64,000 nt of DNA from positions 868,001 through 932,000 of the forward strand of contig CM022678.1 in the NCBI GenBank assembly GCA_012295275.1, read 5' to 3'. The translations under genes were made by a program, and so were the position numbers. Of this stretch, positions 1-12,566 are shown one piece after another. Below the pieces are notes generated by a model. It saw only the letters and a list, made by a program, of their open reading frames with translations. It was not told where the DNA came from and made no database searches. Numbering within the stretch: position 1 is the first letter of the stretch; each line of letters opens with the position of its first letter. The stretch comes from Chrysomallon squamiferum (taxonomy: Eukaryota > Animalia > Mollusca).

Positions 1-3
1 TAG

Positions 4-1124
4 GATATTCAGAAGAGAATGCACTGTTGGGAAGATTCTGTGGTTTGTCTAAACCTGCACTACACAGCTCGGGACCACACCTGTTTATCAAATTTCACAG
101 CGACAACAGCAACAACTTCGCCGGCTTCAGACTGCAGTACCGAGCTACTGAAACACGTGAACGTTAGTGTACTTTTACAGTTTTAACTTACTAAACCTTC
201 GTTTCTACACTGCCAGTCTAATTTTTATTCTCGCCTATTCTTAGTCCCTTTGTCTCTCTGTCTCTTTCTGTTTATTTTACCCCCCCCCTCTATATCTCTC
301 TCTCTCTCATATTTTGACGACTTTTATATATATAAAAAACAAACACTAATATGACGACTATGGTTGTAGTTAGTGAATGCTTTAGTCGTTTTTATCAACT
401 ACAAACATAAACATCACATTGATCCTTTTTTTTTATTTAATTGTAAGTTTGTTTTGTGCTTGTAGCCAGCTCAGCAGACGCGGTCAACCTGACGACTGTC
501 ATGTCCAGTACGATCTCTCTGCTCGTCTTTCTCGCGATCGCGCTCACTGTCTTGTTCTGTCTGATGAGGATGAAGAGGAAGCGGGAGAGTGGACGTCGAG
601 CTGACGTCGTCGCTGACAGAGGACTGGACAGAACGTTCTGGGAACGCTGTGATCACCAGCACCACACCGTCCAGCCAACGCCTTTCATCATTTCCCCTCC
701 TCCGTACGAGTTAGTGGTTAGTGACACGAGATTCGGTCTTCCCTTGGACGACCCCCCACCGTACAGCCCTGCCGAGTTCACCGTCGTTGACAAGGATCAC
801 TGTGACAACGTGATGAAGACGTCGAGCTCAGACACGGCACCAGAAGAACCACCAAGACCCTCCGCGTCACAGCAACAACTGACACAGTCACGTGATGTTC
901 TAACTTTGTCTCAAATAAATGTGGCTAATTCTGGCTTAGGCAGCGATTCGGGAAATGGGTCACGTGTCGTCAGTCCGCGTGCTAGCTCGTGCAGAGACAG
1001 TCCCAGCGAAACAGCACACGTGTCTTCTTCTGGAGAAATACGCGCTGGACGCCAGTCGAGTCATCTCAACACCGAGATGAACTCCAGAACACTGCGACCT
1101 GGCTGTATCGAGACAGACGTGTAG
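4..1124 (+). CDS. 3' part of a CUB-domain single-pass transmembrane protein (exons 4-156 and 466-1124; 5' exons outside the window)
   Basis: Exon 4-156 (AG..GT) reads YSEENALLGRFCGLSKPALHSSGPHLFIKFHSDNSNNFAGFRLQYRATET, a typical CUB C-terminal half (GRFCG, FHSD, GFRLQY). It splices in phase 1 to 466, giving a TM helix (ISLLVFLAIALTVLFCLM), a basic stop-transfer (RMKRKR), two PPPY motifs and a C-terminal ETDV. Confidence 0.85.
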
Positions 1125-1150
1125 TGACGTCATACACATACGTACGTACA

Positions 1151-1188
<38 letters not shown>

Positions 1189-1920
1189 AATTACACATAT
1201 GGTATTAAAATCATACATCAAACGTACTGAATTAAGTTAGCCACACACAACGGCAAACGTAGACATAATACTAAACATCCGCTTCAGTGCGCATGCGTGC
1301 TTAGTTTTATTGTTACACCTCCTGTGTGATTTGTAAAATAACTGACACATACTAAATCACAGATGCATTAACATAATGTATTTAGTAACATTTTAGCACG
1401 CTAACCAATAATGTATTTGTGACGTCATTTAAATAAAATACATATGAGCAAACTATTTTTTTAATACTAACCACAAAAACGTTTGAACAATTTTTAGATT
1501 ATTTTTAACCCTGTAGTGTGTCTGGGTTTGCTCCATATTATTCCAGATAATGTTTGTTTCAGAAAGAAACATCGTGTGTAGATAGTTATAGGAAAAACGA
1601 GCTGTATGTATGCGGTTGTGTTTGTGATATTCCGGTATAGTGAAAACATTCCACAGTATACTTTTATATGTTGGTTTATCTGTACGCAAAATTATAGATA
1701 TCTTTGTATCATTATAACTGAAATTAGCATGATTAATATTACATTTCCTGATTTGAAAACGACCAATGAAAGGACAACGTTGTTTATTTTTCACAAATTA
1801 AATAAACAAATACGTAAATAAATATTACAACTGTGTCTGTTTTGTTGATTTTCAGAGTAATCATTTACTAACACATCTTTACTTTCTTCTGTAGTCATCT
1901 CGTTTCTGAGTTTCTCACAG

Positions 1921-2290
1921 CCTGTTAGTATATCACAACCTGTCTGTTAGTATATCACAACCTGTTAGTATCACACAACCTGACTGTTAGTATATCACAA
2001 CCTGTTAGTATCACACAACCTGACTGTTAGTATATCACAACCTGTTAGTATCATACCTGTTAGTATATCACAACCTGTTAGTATCACACAACCTGACTGT
2101 TAGTATATCACAACCTGAGTTAGTATTTCACAACGTGACTGTATCTCACAACCTGTTAGTATCACACAACCTGTCTTTAGTATTTCACAACACTGTATCT
2201 CACCCTGTTAGTATATCACAACCTGTTAGTATCTTTAGTATCAAACATGACAAAACAACCTGACTGTTAGTCACAACCTGTTAGTATCTC
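1921..2290. repeat. Minisatellite, ~18-22 bp unit CCTG(ACTG)TTAGTATATCACAA
   Basis: Tandem degenerate copies directly visible. Confidence 0.9.
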
Positions 2291-3289
2291 ATGTAATAAA
2301 TAAAACATTTACTAATACGGAACAATTTTACAAAATAAAAAATATATATCAAAAATTTTGCATACAACATTAAAACATAACTTTAATTTTCACACATGAA
2401 CAGTCTAATAGCAACACAAGTAATAATCAAGTCATCATGAATAATATAACAAAACTGATTTAAAAACTGTCTTGACTTTTCACTGACTGAATAACCTGAT
2501 CAAAATTAACATCAGTATTAGTATTGTTGTATTATTATTGGAAACAAAAATATCTTAACATATTTTTGAACTGAATTGTGCAATAAATCCCCCAAAGTGT
2601 TTCAGTGAAAATTTCATAAACATACACAGAATTAGTTCTTATGTACAAATACAACACACACAGCACATTTGAAGAAAAAGGAAAAACTATACAATGTTAA
2701 TACAATATTTGTGTAGAAACAAAAACTACACCAAACATTAATACACTATTTGAATAGATATAATAGACTATAAAATATGATAATACAATATTTGTGTAGA
2801 AACAAAAACTACACCAAACATTATTACGATATTTGAATAAATACAGTAGATTAATACAGTATTCATATAGAAGGCAAAAAAAAAAACCATACAGTAACAC
2901 AATATCTGAATAGAAACAATTTACAGTATCTAGATACACACCAGACTACACAGCAATATAGTTACACACACTTACACTGAAACAATATCACATTAAGAAT
3001 CATTAAAAATGAACCTGTTCAAGCTGAAACAACATAAGTAGTCAAGGTATTTCAGCATGAAGTAGAAAATCAAGGATCTTTGTATCACAGAAATTAGATA
3101 CAAAATTTACATTTCTTCACAACAGTTATTTTGTTTATTATGAACATCAATTTAATTGAAAGATATTATTTCTGCCGAATTCTAAAATACTTTCAGCAGG
3201 TAATCTTCCACTTAAAAGTGACAGTCTGTCTGTGTACATGAAGTATTAAATTGAAAAGTTCAGGGATTTTATATCAAAATGTATTTATC

Positions 3290-3523
3290 TGTTACTATCT
3301 TTAGCATCATGCTTCTGCAAATACAAAACCTAATCCATTTTGTTACGATGAAATCTTCAAGTCTTAGCTTTATCAAGAGGAGTTTCACCAATGGAAATAA
3401 CAATATTTATATCAACACCTTTTTCAGCTGCTAGGTGTAAAATAGAATTGTTATCATTGTCTGTTAAATTAGGATCAGCATCATGTTCCAATAAATACAA
3501 AACTATTTTATTCTGTTTATAGT
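3290..3523 (-). pseudogene. Decayed ankyrin-repeat tail downstream of the stop of STAND-ANK copy 1
   Basis: A shifted frame after the stop reads MNYKQNKIVLYLLEHDADPNLTDNDNNSILHLAAE-KGVDINIVISIGETPLDKAKT*. It matches the repeat consensus and the C-terminus of copy 2 (LDKAKS). Confidence 0.8.
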
Positions 3524-6500
3524 TCATGTGAGAAGAGGAGTTTCACCAGAACTGTTTTTAATGTTTACATCAGCATCTTTTTCAATCAGTGCTGTCACAA
3601 TTTCTGTATTTCCTTGTTTAGCTGCTAAGTGTAAAACAGAATTGTTATCATTGTCTGTTAAATTAGGATTAGCTCCATTTTTCAGTAAATACAATGCAAC
3701 TTCGCTATAACGAGAGGACACAGCCTCAAGTTCGTCAGAATGGCATTCATAGTAATTCAAAACTGTAAAAAGAGGAGTTTCACCTCTACTGTTTTTAATG
3801 TTTACATCAACACCTTTTTCAATCAGTGTTGTCACAATTTCTATATTTCCTTGTTCAGCTGCTAAGTGTAAAACAGAATTGCTATCACTGTCTGTTAAAA
3901 TAGGATCAGCTTCATGGTCTAGTAAATACAAAACTACACTGTTCGCATTAGAGTTCACACCTGTAATAAGAGGAGTTTCACCTTTCAAGTTTCTAATGTT
4001 AACTTCCACACCTTTTTTAATCAGTGCTGTCACAATTTCTAGATTTTGACGTTCAGCTGCTATGTGTAAGACAGTATTGTGATATATGTCTGCTGAATTA
4101 GGATCAGCTCCATGTTCTAGTAAATACAAGACTACTTTGTTCTTATGGGAGTTCAAAGCTGTAATAAGAGGAGTTTCATCTTTATTGTTTTTAAGATTCA
4201 CTTCAATACCTTTTTCAATCAGTACTGTCACAATGTCTACATTTCCATGTTTAGCTGCTTCATGTAAAACAGAATTCGTTTTGTCGGTTAAATTAGTATC
4301 AGCTCCTTGTTTCAGTAAGTATAAAGCTATTTCTGGTCTGCTATAGCATAAGGATAAAAAAAGAGGAGTTTGACCTTCAGTGTTAATTACATTTATTTGA
4401 ACACCTTTTTTTACTACTTTTTTTACTACTTCTTTTACCACTTTTATGTCAATTTGAGATGCTATGTGCAATGCCGAATTGTTTTGTTTATCTGTTATAT
4501 TAGTATCAGCACCATTTTGCAGTAACAACAAAGCTATTTCCTTTCTGAGCCTCACTGCTTTTGCAGCTTCATGAAGTGCAGTTTCTCCCTGACTGTTTAC
4601 AGCATTAACATCAGCATTTCTCTCTATCAGTGATTTTAACATATCTAAGTCACCACGCAGAACTGAAATGTGGAGAGGTGAGTCTGAAGGCAACAGTTTT
4701 AATTTAGTTTCCTCTTCAAACAATTCAGTCAATTTCAGGTTAACAGCTACATTCACATTAGGATCAGCTCCTTTATCAAGTAGACACTGAACAACATCTA
4801 CTCTGTTAAACATCACTGCTACTTTCAGTACTTCACCTTTCTTCCAGTTGTTCTCATCTGTATCATTACCTATGTGGTCAATGAGAAAATTCACTGTGTC
4901 AGTAGATCCCCACATTGCTGCTGCTAAAAGTACTTTATCTCTGTTCTCATCATTTATACAATCAGGTTTGAGTTTCACTATTTCTTTTATAACACTTGAA
5001 GTACTCTGACCAGCAGCAATGACAGCAATGTCTTTAGTTTTGTTTATTATATCAAAGTTAACCAGTTTCTTAAACAGACGGCTTACATCAACAACTTTAG
5101 AAGTCTCTGAGTTCTCCAAATACTTGCCATCTGCCTCGTAACTGGATTTAAGTCTTACTTGTCTGTGGAATCTAACCAATAACAGTTTCACAGCTTCTTC
5201 TTTCATTTCACTGTTCTGTTTCTCATTGTTTATCATGTCAGCTAACAGACAGGCAATGTTCATGTTACCTGAATAAACAGAAACAAGTAACAGATGTAAA
5301 TAGTTCTTCAAGTTCATCTCTTTTTTATATAGTAACAGATCTTTCAGTATGGTAGCACTGTCTGTTTTTGAACAAGCAGCTGCACTGAATGTATCAAATG
5401 TTGGAATAACACCTGATTCTAGCAACATTCTCACAACATCTTCATCACCAAACAAACAAGAAATATCCAAAAGTTCTTTCATTACAGATGTTAGTTTCAT
5501 GTTACACAGATTTGATGTGAAAAATCTTGACAATGTTCTTAGTCCATTCACAACACACTCACTTGTAACATATGATGAATCTACAGACTTTTCTTCAACT
5601 TCTAAGTACCATTTGTGACTAGAATGAAATTCTGAATCACGGTCAAGAAGACATAAAATACAGCTAAATATTTCATCAGCTGCTTCTGCATGTACACATG
5701 ATGTATAAAAATATTGATTCTGATCTTGTCTGTATAGTTCTTGATGCAGTATTTCAGACAACCTACCATAAAATACCTTTTCCTGCATGAGGTATTTTAA
5801 AAAGTCTTCATCTTTCAGTGATGGATGTGAAATAATTCCTTTGAAATTGTCTGATGCCAGCAGGTCAGTGAATCTGCGAGCAAGAACATCAAAGCAGTCA
5901 GGTTTCACAGTCATTGTAATGTGACTTTTGTTAGACACTCCAGGTGTCACAACATATTCTAACAACATGGAGACAGGACACTTTTCTAGCAATTCTGCTG
6001 CTTTCTCTGGAAACTGTGATGAAAACATCAGAAACAAAGAGTCAAACACTGACTGGTGAATAAATGTGTATTTATTGTCACAACACTTCAAATAGGTACC
6101 ACACAGTACATCAGCTGTTTCCTTGATATCTGTAAGATTAGTGTTTTTTACACTCAGACAGACTTGCTCCAGCAAGTTTATTAATTTCATTATGTCACTG
6201 TTGGTGTCACTTTCAAAAGGGTCCAGTGAATCAATGCTGAGACTGCCTTGTTTGAACATGATCAGCAGTAGAACCAAGTAATTAATCTGTGAAGATTTGT
6301 CAGTTTTCAAATTTTCCAGCTCTTCTTTGAGATATTCTACAGGTTTCTTAAAAAACTCGACTCCTCTTTTCTGTGCATCACTTAAATTAACATAATACAC
6401 ACACATCTGAGGAAATCCTAACTGTGTACATGAATTGTAAATGACAGCCTTTTTATCAGTTTCATCCATTTTAACATCCTTTTGTTCAAGATATTTGTTT

Positions 6501-7252
6501 AGAATTTTTTCCTTTTCATCATCATCCAGACAACAGTCATCATTCTGCAGATCAAGAACATGTTTCTCATTAAAGAGGTCAAATTCCTTCAAACTAATTT
6601 CAGTTTCTGAAAATATTTTTTTTCTCAAAGTAATAATACATTTCAAAGAACCATCCTGAACAAGATTCCAGATCACTGGAAATTTCTGTTCCCATGAGTC
6701 TATAAAATCTGAAACAAGATTAGTCTTACCATATATATCATCAATGAGAACAACACATTTCTTATTTCTAAATAGAGAGATGTCACTGAATTCATAGTGG
6801 TGAGTCAGCAAGTAAGATTCTCTTTTTTCTTCATTTTCTATCTCTCTCATCATACTCAAAGCCAGAGTTGTCTTTCCTGAACCTGGACATCCTACTACAA
6901 TCACAACACCATGCTTCTTCAAAAGTGCAACACCTCTTTCTTCTGCTCTTGTTTTAACATAGACATTTCTGTCAACTGAATTTAACTGTGACCTGGTAGA
7001 CTCTGTACAACAACATTAAAAATGTAACATCTATTATTAATTGTTTTGAACATATTTGACTATTTAAATATCAATGATATAACTTTTTACATTATCAGAT
7101 GTGAAGTTTTAGAAAAAAGAATGCAATAGTTAGTTGTCATAATTTTAGTTCATCAAAATTTAATGACAATAGGAAAATGTCACATCTATAGATGGTGTAA
7201 AAGTAACAAGATGATTATCTTGTTATTTATAAATGTTTTTGAAAACTACACA

Positions 7253-7284
<32 letters not shown>

Positions 7285-8470
7285 CTTTGACATTAGATGC
7301 TTGTCCATCACTCTTTGCTGAAATAATATAAAAATAAAACAAGTTTATGTTATTGATGATGAGTAAAAGAGAATAAGTTATCTTTACAATTACTCTGCAA
7401 ATTATTCTTATCACTGATATTATTTAGTTATTGTTATTTTTTATATTATTTTTATTATTATTGTATGTTTATAGTATTATGTTTGTGTGTATGTGTATGT
7501 TTCTATGTATTATATCTCTGTATGTTCATGATTCAATGTATTATGGATTATGTTCATATTTCTATGTATTATGTATGTTTGTGGGAATGTATGTGCATGT
7601 TTCTATGTATCGTGTCTGTGTATGTTCATGTTTCTATGTATCATGTTTGTTTGTGTGTGTATGTGCATGTTTCTCTGTATTGTGTTTGTGTGTATGTATG
7701 TGCATGTTTCTATGTATCATGTTTGTTTGTGTGTGTATGTATGTGCATGTTTCTATATATTATGCCTGTGTGTGCATCTTCATGCTTTTATGTATTATTT
7801 CTGTGTGCATGTTTCTATGTTGTTCAGTTACACTGACAGAAATGTACTAATGTCTACTGTGATGTGTATTCTGTTATTTGTTAACACATAGAGAGATGAA
7901 AGCTTTCAGTTTTTAACTTACTGATTTTAATAACTTGATTTCCCAACGCAACATTCCTGTTATTAGATAGATTCTGGTAATTCAGAACTGTGCTGATATT
8001 TACATTGTGTTCTACCACTGGTTGTATTCTTCCAGTACCTTTGTCAACTGAGTGAAAGAAATTATCTAAATTCACAATTTATAAATATAATTTTGAGAAG
8101 CATTTTCATCTGCATGTAGAGATATGACAGTGTATAGTGTTTATACAGTCTGTCCGAACAGTATTTCTGAACATAATAATAAAATTATATCCTCTAAAAA
8201 AATGTGTTTAATATTGTTAACTAATTATGCATAAAACAATCTAACAAAAACCAGACCAAAATCTTTAACTTGTTAAATTGTTATGAATATAAAACAAAAA
8301 TATGAACTTTACAAAGCATAACAAATTAACAAAAATATGTTAAAAAGTAGACAGGAATTGAAATACTTCATTATTAAACTTTTAAAGATATAAAAAAATG
8401 CTGTCATACTTTCTAAGGAAGAAACATTTGTGAAATTAGATGAATTTTCTGAATTCTCTTTGTCATCCAT
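3524..8470 (-). CDS. NLR-like STAND P-loop NTPase (nSTAND3-like) with C-terminal ankyrin repeats, copy 1, ~1232 aa; exons 8470-8410, 8047-7922, 7317-7285, 7002-3524
   Basis: Walker A GCPGSGKTT, Walker B VVLIDD, sensor ITLR, GFP (GxP) motif and WHD motif YTFIHQSVFD, then a dozen or more ankyrin repeats (TPL/HLAA..GN.EIV..LIEKG.DVN). The three upstream exons have canonical GT/AG sites, join in phase 1, and give one open frame from ATG 8470 (3699 nt in total). The nSTAND3 assignment is from motif recall, not an HMM search. Confidence 0.88.
7470..7830. repeat. Degenerate TG/TATG-rich minisatellite in an intron
   Basis: Repeating GTGCATGTTTCTATGTATCATGTTTGTTTGTGTGTGTAT units; explains the spurious Cys/Val/Met ORFs. 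Confidence 0.85.
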
Positions 8471-8519
8471 AACTGCGAGCTGTAAAAAATAATTTAATGA
8501 TTTTTTAATCACCTAAATG

Positions 8520-8720
8520 AAAACAATGTTGTTTTATCTTAATACATTGTATTCACAGTTATAAGTGGTCAAACTTATGATTAAAGAGAATTCAGATAAC
8601 AAAACACAAGAGGAGAAACCCACTGCCACCACTTCATGGTCTACTCTTTATCGTTAACAAACAAGTGCTATTTCATTTACACCTACCCACAGATAGTACC
8701 TACTATAGCAATTTCATACT
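8520..8720 (-). mobile_element. Possible degraded SINE-like interspersed repeat fragment
   Basis: GAGGAGAAACCCACTGCCACCACTTCATGGTCTACTCTTT...CCCACAGATAGTAC resembles an abundant gastropod SINE-like repeat as I recall it; not verified by search. Confidence 0.4.
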
Positions 8721-9403
8721 GTTGTAATTCATTACTTTTGCATCATATTAGAATCAGTTCATTTGAAACATTTATGATAAATAACTGTCATAATCTACAG
8801 TATTTACAAATATTTTCTAGACTGTAATACTAAATTAGTCTATAAAATAATTATCACAATAGTCATACACAGATATACTTTTTAGTTTTATTGTAAATAT
8901 AATAACTGTTAGAATAGTTATACTTAAAATAGTTTTGTAGTAAATGTAATTATCACATATATTAATTTTTATTTAAATAAAATAATTCTCATAGTATTAT
9001 TCAAAATTATATATTAGATTTGAAGTAAATGTACTATTTATCAGACTTGCTATTCAAAGTAACATGTTTGTTTTGTAGTAAATATAATAATTTCTTTGCT
9101 TATTCTCAGTTATAACTTTTTTTCTTTTTTTTTTAAACTACAGTAAATGTAATAATTATCACAACAGTGTACTAAGATATATATTTGTTTAATAAAACCT
9201 GGACCCAGCTTGTGACTAGCTTTGACAACTGAAGTTTTATCAGTCTTCCACTGTACGCTTATAATATTAAATTTTACTATTTTTACTGGCAATCACATTT
9301 ATCAGACTTGAATGTGAATATGTACATGTATATGTGTTTATGTGTTTCTGCTTCTGTTTGTGTGTAAATGTAAGTAATTTGAACAAATAAAGCATTTACT
9401 TAC

Positions 9404-9888
9404 TTATGTTGTTACAATTCAGTTTAACCCATCTTTAGACTTTAGCTGTTTCATGCTAAACCAGTTTTCTGTCACTGGTCATACAACTCTTCTGTCCTGT
9501 CAATAAAACAATAAAAAAACTTACATACTGATTTAACTTGTTTCTTAAATTAATACTGTCAAGTAATACATTTTCCTTTTTTATTATTATGAAAATATTT
9601 ACCTAAAAATTAATTTAAAAAACTCTAAAAAAAATGAAGAATTTTCTGTTAAGAAAAAAGAAAGAAAAATACTAGAAAATCCATTGTAACTGCCATTTTT
9701 CAAAACATCAAAAATTATTAATGGACTCTGTTGTTCTTTTTCAAAATACTGACTGCAGAATCAGATATGTATACTGAAACATCACTCTCAAAACATTTAC
9801 TTACTTTAATTCAGTTTAACCCATCTTTAGATTTTAGTTGTTTTATGTTAAACCACTTGTAAGTAATTGACCATACAGCTCTTCAGTC
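9404..9888 (-). other. Two duplicated candidate 5'-UTR exons of STAND-ANK copy 1 (9888-9805 and 9496-9404)
   Basis: Both start ag|GAC(T/A)GAAGAG, share CTAAAGATGGGTTAAACTGAATT and end at a gtaagtaaatg donor; neither has a long ORF. Confidence 0.5.
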
Positions 9889-11979
9889 CTATCAACAGAA
9901 CACTGTAAAACAAAAATGTTTTTGAAATTTTGTTTATTATTAACATATGTTTCAATTTACATTCAGAAAATAAAATAAAATACAATAAAAACATTTTCTT
10001 TTCAAAAACTACAAAAAAAAAAATCAAAAAAATCTGCACACTCAAAAACTGAAAGAGTTATAATTAGAAAAGAGGATGAAATCTTCAAAGTTTTTCCGTA
10101 TCAATATTGTTGTTAAGTTTATTTTCACTGATGAAATAATGTTATCTTTTCTACACAGAATTTCAGTTAATAAAGAAGAGATTTGTCAGTTACTACACCT
10201 TGTTTTTTGCCAAAAAATCAAAATATCTAGATAGTGAGAAAATCAAAATAGTTAGATACTGATGAATTCACATTTATAAATAATTTACTGAATCAAGTAT
10301 AATATAATTTAAAAAAATCCAAATAACTAGATATCAAGAAATTAATTTTACTAAATAGGAAGAAAATAAAATTACCTGCTTATTGGGCAAGCACTGGTGG
10401 TATTTTGGGTCAAGTGTTGAGGTTTGTATTATGAAGTAATTCATTATCTCAGTAAACTTGTTTTATCACCTAACCCACTTTGATACCAACATTAGTTGAA
10501 CACCAATGTCAGCAATATAAAGATCTTTCACAGCACATAGTGGCAAGATGTAATGACTTAGATAAATACATTTTTAAGCACTCACTAAAAAATGAGGTTT
10601 TTCATGATGGATGTGTGTTTACTTTAAAAAATAATATATTTACTTACACACACATACAGTGTTCACAGTTACTTATTTAATGTTTGATTGCTAGTTTAGG
10701 TCTTAAAAGACCATTCTATAAACAGTTTTCATTTTCAAAAAAGCCAATAAGTTGTAGATATTTAAAAATGGACCTTGCTTTGATTTATAGTGCCAAACAA
10801 AAATTCATTTCTTGTAATATTTAGGATGCACATAAAAAGATATATTGGTTAACATATCAGGTGTATCCTGCTCAGGTAGAATAACAAATGCCTCGATGCA
10901 GTTCACATTGTAAAAAACACTTTAGCCAACATCTTAAAGTCTCTTTAGAAACTGAAAAGTAAATGAATAAGTAAAATCACAGAGTGGAATACAGATGAAC
11001 CACTACCAAATTGTATATCTATTCAGAAATGAAGTTTGCCTGAAGGTGATGTTCTTATGTATATATCATGAATTAATCGTAAAGAATTTTAAGATCTTCC
11101 TATCTAGTCCATTTCCAATCCAAGCTAGATGAAATCTGTTGTATTACTTTACCTGCCTGCTATAAACTGACATATCCTGTAAAAAGGAATATAATTATCC
11201 TGTTTCATCATGCTGTTATCTTATAGAAATGTCATAGATAATTTTTTGGATGATTGTAGGTGTCCCTTTGAATTGTAGATCACATGCGAAAGTAACCCCA
11301 CTTTTTGTTTTAACCAAAAAGAATGAAATTTAATTAATAACTTTTTTTTTTCTTACAGCCATCTGATGGACCTCTGAAAAGAAAGTAATAATAATCTTCT
11401 GACCAAATATCGGTAACAAAGACTGTAATCAATGTACCAGGGCATTCATTCAAATAGCACGTGATTAATTAGTTTTTTACATAATTATAATCGTTTCAAG
11501 TATTGTTTTACAACAATGTACTCAGAACTGTCCGCTATGGAGTTTCGGTTGAGTAAAGGTCCACATTATGATACCTAATGAGAATAGTCATTTTCATATA
11601 TACGCGACCATGTCACTATTAAAATTATTTAATTTTCAATTTTTTGGGTGTGTTTTTTTTTTGTGCATGTGTGTGTATGTGGTTTTTTGTTTGTGCATTT
11701 TGCTGGCGACGTCGTAATAATATTTGAAATAAAAAAAAAATATATATATATATGGTACAAAATGGGTACAACAACAAGGCTATATATCTTCAAAGTTACC
11801 CCCAAAAAAAACAAAAATATCTATCGATCTTTTAAAAATGGACGTTAATACACCAGGCATTGATTATATCCTTTATTTTTTAAATACGTTAATAATCCAT
11901 GTAGAAATGATTGCATCATGAAGAAATATATGTTTAAAAGTTTGTAAACACTAACTGTCCGCAATCTTGAATTTCGATC

Positions 11980-11989
11980 GGAAATTTCC
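11980..11989. promoter_or_regulatory. Candidate NF-kB site GGAAATTTCC near the putative first exon of STAND-ANK copy 1
   Basis: Palindromic kB-like decamer in a CpG-richer patch; motif match only. Confidence 0.3.
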
Positions 11990-12297
11990 GTATACGCTCG
12001 GAAACCGTCACATCGGGATTTTAAACTTCCAAATTCAACAATTTTAAGTCCATTTCCTGTTATTTCTTTTAATGATTTGCGCTAATAAAGATAAGGATGG
12101 TTGCTCACATTACTAAACAGTGAGTGATGTACAACAGCATACCTATTACCTTTCCTAACTACTTTTTCAACTTAACCTAACTTTTCAAACTGGATTATTT
12201 TTGTGCAAATGCGTGCATAAGAATCTGAAATTTTAATCTGTCATAAGATTAATGCATTAATTTGTCTAGTTAAAATAATATAGTATAAGTGTTCCTT

Positions 12298-12480
12298 ACC
12301 TGCAGTAGAAAAGGAAGTAAAACTCGAAACTTGTCAACAACTAACGAAGTGACCCAAATTCTTCGCCATCTGCTCCCTCTGTGAATCATCCGGCAAGGAA
12401 GACTACTCTGTTTTCCTTTCATAAAGAATAAAACAGAGACGGGTTACGGACCACATGCTCTCCAGGAAAGAGGCCCGCGC
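12298..12480 (-). promoter_or_regulatory. Candidate promoter/first non-coding exon of STAND-ANK copy 1
   Basis: Strong donor CTGCAG|gtaagg at 12299, locally GC/CpG-enriched, with an ETS-like GGAAGT; homologous to 27659-27710. Confidence 0.45.
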
Positions 12481-12566
12481 CAAACCAAAAACGAATAGCC
12501 GGACAAAATGGACCAAAATAGTTTAAACGATCCCACACTAAGAGAAAAAAAAATATATATATATAT

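Noticed and set aside
3528-6659. Plus-strand ORFs overlapping the STAND-ANK gene (also 47695-53764)
   Set aside because: Antisense shadows of the real minus-strand coding sequence.
3524-7002. Bacterial/endosymbiont contamination or recent HGT as the source of the long single-exon STAND-ANK ORF
   Set aside because: It has spliceosomal upstream exons, host-like AT content and a paralog with a shared 3' flank, and it is embedded among intron-containing animal genes.
7431-7891. Cys/Val/Met-rich ORFs, and similar ones at 15907-16165, 40425-41512, 45511-45859 and 56008-56339
   Set aside because: Translations of microsatellites and low-complexity repeats.
10370-11380. Several short AG..GT-bounded segments and weak open frames upstream of STAND-ANK copy 1
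   Set aside because: No consistent frame or recognisable protein; they may be UTR micro-exons but I cannot support them.
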